The notes beneath the pieces are model-generated. The model was not told the origin of the DNA and did no database searches. It saw only the letters and a list, made by a program, of their open reading frames with translations. A program made the position numbers and the translations under genes. Source: an uncultured Rikenellaceae bacterium (lineage in GTDB: Bacteria > Bacteroidota > Bacteroidia > Bacteroidales > VadinHA17). From it: 64,000 nucleotides of DNA. The stretch covers positions 13,708 through 77,707 of the forward strand of contig CAZXGG010000001.1 of NCBI GenBank assembly GCA_964640125.1. The letters are read 5' to 3'. Shown here piece after piece: positions 58,458 through 64,000 of the stretch (position 1 is its first letter; each line of letters starts with the position of its first letter).

Positions 58458-59795
58458 ATGAAAAAATCTGTTTTTTTATTCATACTGGTATTTTTTCTAG
58501 GTCTCTGGCAAAATCTTTTTGCACAGGAAGAAGCTCTTTCTGACTCTTTAGCACTGCTCAGACAAGAACTTCGGTCTCTGCAACAGAAATACGAACGGGA
58601 ATTATTGAAACTCGACAGCCTGATGATGCAATTTGAAACAAAAATAAAAACCAGGGAACAAGAGGATGATTTGCAAAAGCTGCTTGAAGAAGCGGATCAG
58701 CTGGCAGCAAAAGAGAAAGAAGATGAGATGGATCTGTCCAAAAAGTTTCACACGGGTGTTCGCCAGCAACAGGGATTAAATCCCAATATAAGTCTGGGGG
58801 GTGATTTTTTTGGTGCGTTCAGCTCATCCGATCATGAATTCATTACGGAACCGGGGGATTTTTCCTATGGAAACAATGGATTTTTTCTGCGAGAAGTAGA
58901 GCTTGCCCTGGTTGCACCGCTCGATCCGTTTACACGGGGCAAGAATTTCATTTCCATTACCGAGGATGGGATCAACATTGAGGAAGCCTATATGGAGTGG
59001 CTTAACCTGCCCCTTAAGATGAACCTTAAGATTGGGATTTTTTACGCTGAATTCGGGCCGTTGAACAGGTATCATGATCATGCTTTGCCACAATTTGACC
59101 GCCCCAGGGCGCTTGTGAATTTGTTCAGCAATGCGGGACTTGGTGGTGTGGGTTTTGCAGCCAATTTTATGTTGCCGAAAATTCTTTTTTCTGATGCCAG
59201 CACACTGGATATATCCATTATAAACGGTGGAAATGATGTGAGTTTCGATAGCAAGCTGGATGCCGGGCTTCTCTATATCGGCCAGTTCAAAAATTACTAC
59301 GATATCTCAGAAAACAGCTATTTCGAATTCAGGCTAAGTGGTGTTACCGGGAAGAATCCAACAGCTGGAGATAACAGGTCCTATATTGGAAGTCTTGGCT
59401 TATCCTATAAATGGGTACCGGTGGGAAGGTCAAAATACCGGACGTTTGACTGGAAGACTGAATTTCTGTACAGTTACAGAGAAGACGCCTCAGGAACCAT
59501 TCAGAGCAAGGGTTTCTATTCATCCATTCAAAATAAACTTAGTGCCCGTTTTTGGATCGGTGGCCGGATTGGCTATTCGGAATTGCCTGCCGACAACAGA
59601 CAACAGGAATGGGATTATACCATAAATCTCGACTTCTGGCAAAGTGAATTTATTTTTACCCGCATTCAATATCAATATAACTGGAGAAACATAGTGAGTT
59701 GGGAATCCTTTCCGGTAGGATTGCTCCCCAACAACCACACTGTTCTTATCCAGGTATGTTGGGCTATGGGACCACATAAACACGAAGCTTACTAA
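58458..59795 (+). CDS. Outer-membrane beta-barrel/porin associated with metal (Zn/Mn) uptake
   Basis: Signal peptide, coiled coil, NPNISLGGDF, LREVELAL..PLDPF, IEEAY, FGPLNRYHDH, SEFIFTRIQY; His-bearing C-terminus GPHKHEAY. Confidence 0.8.
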   Translation: MKKSVFLFILVFFLGLWQNLFAQEEALSDSLALLRQELRSLQQKYERELLKLDSLMMQFETKIKTREQEDDLQKLLEEADQLAAKEKEDEMDLSKKFHTGVRQQQGLNPNISLGGDFFGAFSSSDHEFITEPGDFSYGNNGFFLREVELALVAPLDPFTRGKNFISITEDGINIEEAYMEWLNLPLKMNLKIGIFYAEFGPLNRYHDHALPQFDRPRALVNLFSNAGLGGVGFAANFMLPKILFSDASTLDISIINGGNDVSFDSKLDAGLLYIGQFKNYYDISENSYFEFRLSGVTGKNPTAGDNRSYIGSLGLSYKWVPVGRSKYRTFDWKTEFLYSYREDASGTIQSKGFYSSIQNKLSARFWIGGRIGYSELPADNRQQEWDYTINLDFWQSEFIFTRIQYQYNWRNIVSWESFPVGLLPNNHTVLIQVCWAMGPHKHEAY

Positions 59796-59816
59796 AGAAC
59801 ATTTAACACAAACACC

Positions 59817-60923
59817 ATGAAGAAAGAAAGGCAAAAAAAATGGTTCTATACAACCATACTCATAGTGACATGCATGCTGGTAGCTGCAGAGACAACTCAG
59901 TTACAGGCACAACATAGAAACCAGCAAAGGACGCAGACCCGGTATCATGGAGGAGCATTGGGAGCATCATTGAATATTGTTTGTTCCTTCTCCGATTATG
60001 CTGCCATTGCCAGTCAAATTGCAGGAGATCAGGCAAACATAACGTTTATTGCCCACGGGGAGCAGGATCCTCATTTCGTTCCCCCAAAACCCAGTTATGC
60101 CATGATGCTTTCAGATGCTGATGTATGGATCACGACTGGGATGGACCTGGAGATGTGGTCTACCACGCTGCTTGACAAAGCTCGTAACCGGCAAATCATG
60201 GATGGCGAGATCGGTTTTATTGCTGTGTCGGATGGGGTGAAGATTCTGCAAAAAGTTGAAAAGGGAGATCGGACCGAAGGAGATGTTCATTTAATGGGCA
60301 ACCCGCACATCAATACCGGCCCCTTGAATTGGAAAATCATTGCCAGGAATATCACCATCGGACTTATAAAAATCGACCCGGCAAATGCCGACTTTTACCA
60401 AATGAACCGCGACGAGTTTTTAGAGAGGATCGATCGTACTCTGTTTGGCGATAAACTGGTGGATCTGTTCGGGGGTGAAACATTAACCAAACTGCTGGAA
60501 AATAAAACCCTGTTTACATTTCTGGAAAACTCCTATGAGGGAGGGAAATTGATTGATCATCTGGGTGGCTGGTTAAAAGAGGCACTGCCTTTCAGGGGCA
60601 AAAAGGTGGTAGCCTATCACAAGAACTGGGCTTATTTTGCTGAAACATTCGGCCTGAATGTCATCGGATACATTGAGCCAAAACCAGGTATTCCACCATC
60701 AGCAAAACATGTACAAACTATGATCCAGTTGATTAAAGATCAGAATATTAAATTGATGCTGGTTGCCAGTTATTTTGAGAAAAAATCACCTCAAATGATT
60801 GAGGACAAAACGGGTATTAAAGCCCTCTATCTTCCGCTTTTCGTGCAGGGGGTTCCCGGAATCAATGATAATTTTCAGCTGGTTGATTACTGGATAGAAC
60901 AGATCAATGCCAACATTAAGTAA
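59817..60923 (+). CDS. Metal ABC transporter substrate-binding protein (ZnuA/TroA family)
   Basis: QDPHFV, GDVHLMGNPH, VAYHKNWAYF, IEPKPGIPPS..H. Confidence 0.92.
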   Translation: MKKERQKKWFYTTILIVTCMLVAAETTQLQAQHRNQQRTQTRYHGGALGASLNIVCSFSDYAAIASQIAGDQANITFIAHGEQDPHFVPPKPSYAMMLSDADVWITTGMDLEMWSTTLLDKARNRQIMDGEIGFIAVSDGVKILQKVEKGDRTEGDVHLMGNPHINTGPLNWKIIARNITIGLIKIDPANADFYQMNRDEFLERIDRTLFGDKLVDLFGGETLTKLLENKTLFTFLENSYEGGKLIDHLGGWLKEALPFRGKKVVAYHKNWAYFAETFGLNVIGYIEPKPGIPPSAKHVQTMIQLIKDQNIKLMLVASYFEKKSPQMIEDKTGIKALYLPLFVQGVPGINDNFQLVDYWIEQINANIK

Positions 60924-60974
60924 AAAGAATGGGTATATTTATCGCTTTATTATTCATGATTAACCTACTGGAAA

Positions 60975-61823
60975 ATGCTGGATAATCTGGTTTTCCTTGC
61001 TGCTCCTATTACTGCCTGCATAATGCTTGCTGGCATTCTGGGCTATTTTGGCAACCACATCCTGTCGCGCGGCATAATTTTTATTGATATTGCGCTTGCC
61101 CAGATTGCGGCACTGGGAACCATGATCGGACTGCTGTTGGGATTCGCGGAAGAATCGCTTTCCGTTCAAATCATTTCTTATGCTTTTACGCTTGTAATAA
61201 TAGCCCTTTTTGCATTAACAAAATTCAGAAAGCAGGTCATCCCGCAGGAGGCAATCATCGGAATAATCTATTGCCTTGGATTGGGATTAGCCATGTTGCT
61301 GGCGGAAAGGATTCCCGGCGGTTCCAATTTCATTACCAAAACCATTACCGGTAATGTTTTATGGGTAACCTGGAAAAATGTGTTATCCTGTTTTATTTTA
61401 TTTGCGATCATTGCTATTATTCATTTATTTTTTCAAAAATCCTTTATTCGTATCTCCGGTTCAAACGATGGTCTTCCTTATTCTCCTGGAAAGACAAGGT
61501 TATTCGAGCTGTTATTCTACGTAACCTTTGGAATTGTCATAGTCAAAGCTGTACCGGTGGGTGGTGTTTTCCTGATTTTTACGCTGCTGATTGCCCCCAC
61601 TGCTACAGCAACGCTATTCACACAAAAATGGAGGGCCCGGTTTATCTGGAGCTGGATCATTGGGGTCCTGGGATCTTTCAGCGGCATTTACATATCCTAT
61701 AGTATGAATATTTCAAACGGCCCGGCGATTGTTTGTCTTCTCGGTTTGATCGCTTTTCTCCTTGCATTTTTGAAGCTTTTATCCAAAAAATTTCGCTCCC
61801 TGAAACATAATAACAAGAACTGA
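60975..61823 (+). CDS. Metal ABC transporter permease (ZnuB/ABC-3 family)
   Basis: GYFGNHILSRGIIFIDIALAQIAALG, EAIIGIIY, GVFLIFTLLIAP, NGPAIV. Confidence 0.9.
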   Translation: MLDNLVFLAAPITACIMLAGILGYFGNHILSRGIIFIDIALAQIAALGTMIGLLLGFAEESLSVQIISYAFTLVIIALFALTKFRKQVIPQEAIIGIIYCLGLGLAMLLAERIPGGSNFITKTITGNVLWVTWKNVLSCFILFAIIAIIHLFFQKSFIRISGSNDGLPYSPGKTRLFELLFYVTFGIVIVKAVPVGGVFLIFTLLIAPTATATLFTQKWRARFIWSWIIGVLGSFSGIYISYSMNISNGPAIVCLLGLIAFLLAFLKLLSKKFRSLKHNNKN

Positions 61824-62671
61824 TGTTTACTGCTTTGGACTTTATGCTGGCGCCCTTTGTGGCATGTCTTCTTCTTATTCTGATCATGGTTTATTTCGGA
61901 ATCCATGTTATCAAAAGGGAAATAATATTCATCGATATTGCGCTGGCACAGATTGCTGCTCTGGGCAGTGCTTTTTCCCTGGTCCTGCAGGAGATGAATA
62001 TTGTCCATCATAACCAGGGTGGTGAGCATGATTCAAGAACGTTTATGGCCTACCTGTTCTGTACACTTGCTGCAGCAATTTTTACGGTACTAAAAGATAA
62101 AAAGATCAAAATCCCGCTCGAGGCAATTATTGGAATAGCCTATGCTGCTGCAGCTACCGGTGCGGTCATCATATTGGATAAGGGTGCCGGTGGGGATGTA
62201 CACATTCATGATATGCTTGCCGGTGCAATTCTATGGGTATCCTGGTCTCAGAATCTGCGCTTCCTGGTTGTTGTTGCTGTTGTGGGAAGTTTTCACTATA
62301 TCTTCCGTCACAAATTTCTTGCTTTAACAAAACATTACCAATCAGAAAAAACCGTGGTTTCAAACCCTAAATTGTGGGATTTTCTTTTCTATTTCAGCTT
62401 TGGAATTGTTATTGTTGAAGCAGTCAATGTGGGTGGAATTTTGACCATCTTTGCCTTCCTGATTATCCCTGCATCCATCTCTGCATTGTTTGCACAAAAT
62501 TGGTCTTCTCGGATCATTATCGGCCTTATAGTTGGTAGCATTGCAACCATTCTCGGGCTGTACCTGTCCTGGATTATGGATATACCCTCCTCTCCGGCAA
62601 TCATTCTTTTCCTGGGACTCTGTTTACTGGTTTCCCTTCTTTTGAAATTATTCCATTTCTTAAAAACCTGA
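61823..62671 (+). CDS. Metal ABC transporter permease (ZnuB/ABC-3 family), second paralog
   Basis: YFGIHVIKREIIFIDIALAQIAALG, EAIIGIAY; His-containing loops HHNQGGEH and DVHIHD. Confidence 0.9.
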   Translation: MFTALDFMLAPFVACLLLILIMVYFGIHVIKREIIFIDIALAQIAALGSAFSLVLQEMNIVHHNQGGEHDSRTFMAYLFCTLAAAIFTVLKDKKIKIPLEAIIGIAYAAAATGAVIILDKGAGGDVHIHDMLAGAILWVSWSQNLRFLVVVAVVGSFHYIFRHKFLALTKHYQSEKTVVSNPKLWDFLFYFSFGIVIVEAVNVGGILTIFAFLIIPASISALFAQNWSSRIIIGLIVGSIATILGLYLSWIMDIPSSPAIILFLGLCLLVSLLLKLFHFLKT

Positions 62672-62788
62672 GTTCAGGTATTGGTTTCCGTTGCCCTCCT
62701 GATTTTGTTTTACATACTTTACGACACGATCTTTACTCCTCAAAATAAAATTGGTTATTTTTACCGCGTACAGGTTTCTTCCGGTTGT

Positions 62789-63382
62789 ATGACCAGACAA
62801 AAAAAAATAGTCACAAAAACCTACCATATCAAAAATATGGTATCCAATTGTGCTATTCATCTGCTGAAAGAAAAATTTAACAAGTCTAACATTCACGTAG
62901 AGTATATAACACTGGGGATGGCTGTATTACGTTATGATCCCGGGATTGTTAGTGAAAAAAAAATTCGGCAGATCCTTCAAAAATATGGTTTTGATATAAT
63001 CCTCGGGCGTGAAAAGATCCTGGTTGAAAACATTAAATTCGCGGTAATTGAGCTCATTCACCAGTTAAACAATGTTGATTCCATTATCAGAAAATCAGAT
63101 TATCTGGTTGAGAAACTGGGTATGAGCTACCAATACCTGTCCAAGGTCTTTTCAGCAACAGAGGGTATAACACTCGAAAAATACATTATACTTCAAAAAA
63201 TTGAACGCATTAAGGAACTTGTGCACCAGGACGAATATACATTGAGCGAGATTGCTTATATGATGGATTATAGCAGTGTCCAATATCTTTCCAATCAATT
63301 CAAAAAGATTACCGGATTGTCTGTTTCAGACTTCAAGAAAAACGAAACGCCCCTGAAAAAACCGCTGGATAACCTCTATTGA
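62789..63382 (+). CDS. AraC family regulator with N-terminal HMA-like domain
   Basis: YHIKNMVSNC, YQYLSKVFS..EGITLEKYII.QKIERIKEL, LSEIAYMMDYSSVQYLSNQFKKITG. ATG 62789 preferred over TTG 62681. Confidence 0.9.
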   Translation: MTRQKKIVTKTYHIKNMVSNCAIHLLKEKFNKSNIHVEYITLGMAVLRYDPGIVSEKKIRQILQKYGFDIILGREKILVENIKFAVIELIHQLNNVDSIIRKSDYLVEKLGMSYQYLSKVFSATEGITLEKYIILQKIERIKELVHQDEYTLSEIAYMMDYSSVQYLSNQFKKITGLSVSDFKKNETPLKKPLDNLY

Positions 63383-63541
63383 TCCGATTTTATCAACCCG
63401 CATTCAAACATGGCTGTGCACTATTCCTGATTGTACCAAACGGTTCCCGGCTTAATTTTTGTAACATTTTTACTAAATTTTATAACAACGGTCTGATGGA
63501 GAAACAATATTATTGCACTAACATTCAATAAAATCGATCTT

Positions 63542-63799
63542 ATGAAGCTTAAAAAGAATATTGCAATCAGTGAATCCGGGTTTGTTTTTGATCCAAATTC
63601 CGGGGAATCGTATTCCTTAAATCCCATTGGTGCTGAAATTATTGAACTGCTTAAACTGGAAAAAGAGTCCGATGAAATACAGACCATTATGCTAAAAAAA
63701 TATGATACGGATACTGCATCCTTTGAACGATATTATTATGACTTCATCAATATACTGGAACAATATGGCCTGGTAGAAAAAAGTTCCCGGGAGGAATAA
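63542..63799 (+). CDS. PqqD-family (RiPP recognition element-like) small protein
   Basis: 85 aa; NIAISESGFVFDPNSGESYSLNPIGAEIIELL...YD...FINILEQYGLV fits the PqqD three-strand/three-helix pattern. Confidence 0.82.
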   Translation: MKLKKNIAISESGFVFDPNSGESYSLNPIGAEIIELLKLEKESDEIQTIMLKKYDTDTASFERYYYDFINILEQYGLVEKSSREE

Positions 63800-63912
63800 A
63801 ACATGCAACTCCAACGATTTTATTGTTGGTCTGTTATGTGCGTTTTTCCCAAATGCATATACTATATCGGACCGATTTCATTTCCAACTAATGTTATTCA
63901 AACCTACCCTTG

Positions 63913-63999
63913 ATGGACAAAATAAAACTGACACTGGCTGTTACAGGGCTCAATAATACGGACAATCCGGGTCCCGGTATACCTGTAATTCGAAGCATC
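63913..63999 (+). CDS. N-terminus of a probable ATP-grasp protein (truncated by window end)
   Basis: MDKIKLTLAVTGLNNTDNPGPGIPVIRSI..., a Rossmann-like VTG...G..VIRS start typical of pre-ATP-grasp domains. Only 29 codons are visible. Confidence 0.55.
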   Translation, partial: MDKIKLTLAVTGLNNTDNPGPGIPVIRSI

Positions 64000-64000
64000 A

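Overview
Gene-dense chromosomal window from a Bacteroidota bacterium, probably an anaerobic Bacteroidales-type organism (Bacteroidota-type dnaG, lgt, M16 peptidase, Big_5 lipoprotein, ROK kinases, TAnnTTTG promoter motifs). There is no CRISPR array, prophage or intact transposase. Main modules: (1) tRNA-Val(GAC), followed by a 20-bp duplication of its 3' end and a MITE carrying nested palindromes (9002-9385). (2) A six-gene redox operon (14216-24682, minus strand): NuoE/HydC-like, NuoF/HydB-like and a 1257-aa NuoG/GltD chimeric subunit without a Mo-ligand Cys/Sec. This is a Sporomusa-type Nfn (StnABC)-like electron-bifurcating transhydrogenase. It sits between an unusual receiver + 2x Lrp/AsnC protein and its own PAS kinase/sigma-54 activator, with a candidate sigma-54 promoter and an internal hairpin. 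(3) A reduced dialkylresorcinol/flexirubin-type cluster (darA, darB, BtrH-like, ABC exporter, KS/CLF) with no ACP (29673-37737). (4) A TerB-like/ABCG-type transporter with a lipoprotein, and a tandem double-SiaB protein. (5) A metal-uptake operon with no ATPase (porin, binding protein, two permeases, AraC), headed by a His-rich uORF ending in a HAPP (RAPP-like) motif. (6) The start of a PqqD-like/putative ATP-grasp locus cut off by the window end. All family assignments come from reading motifs by eye; no database searches were run.
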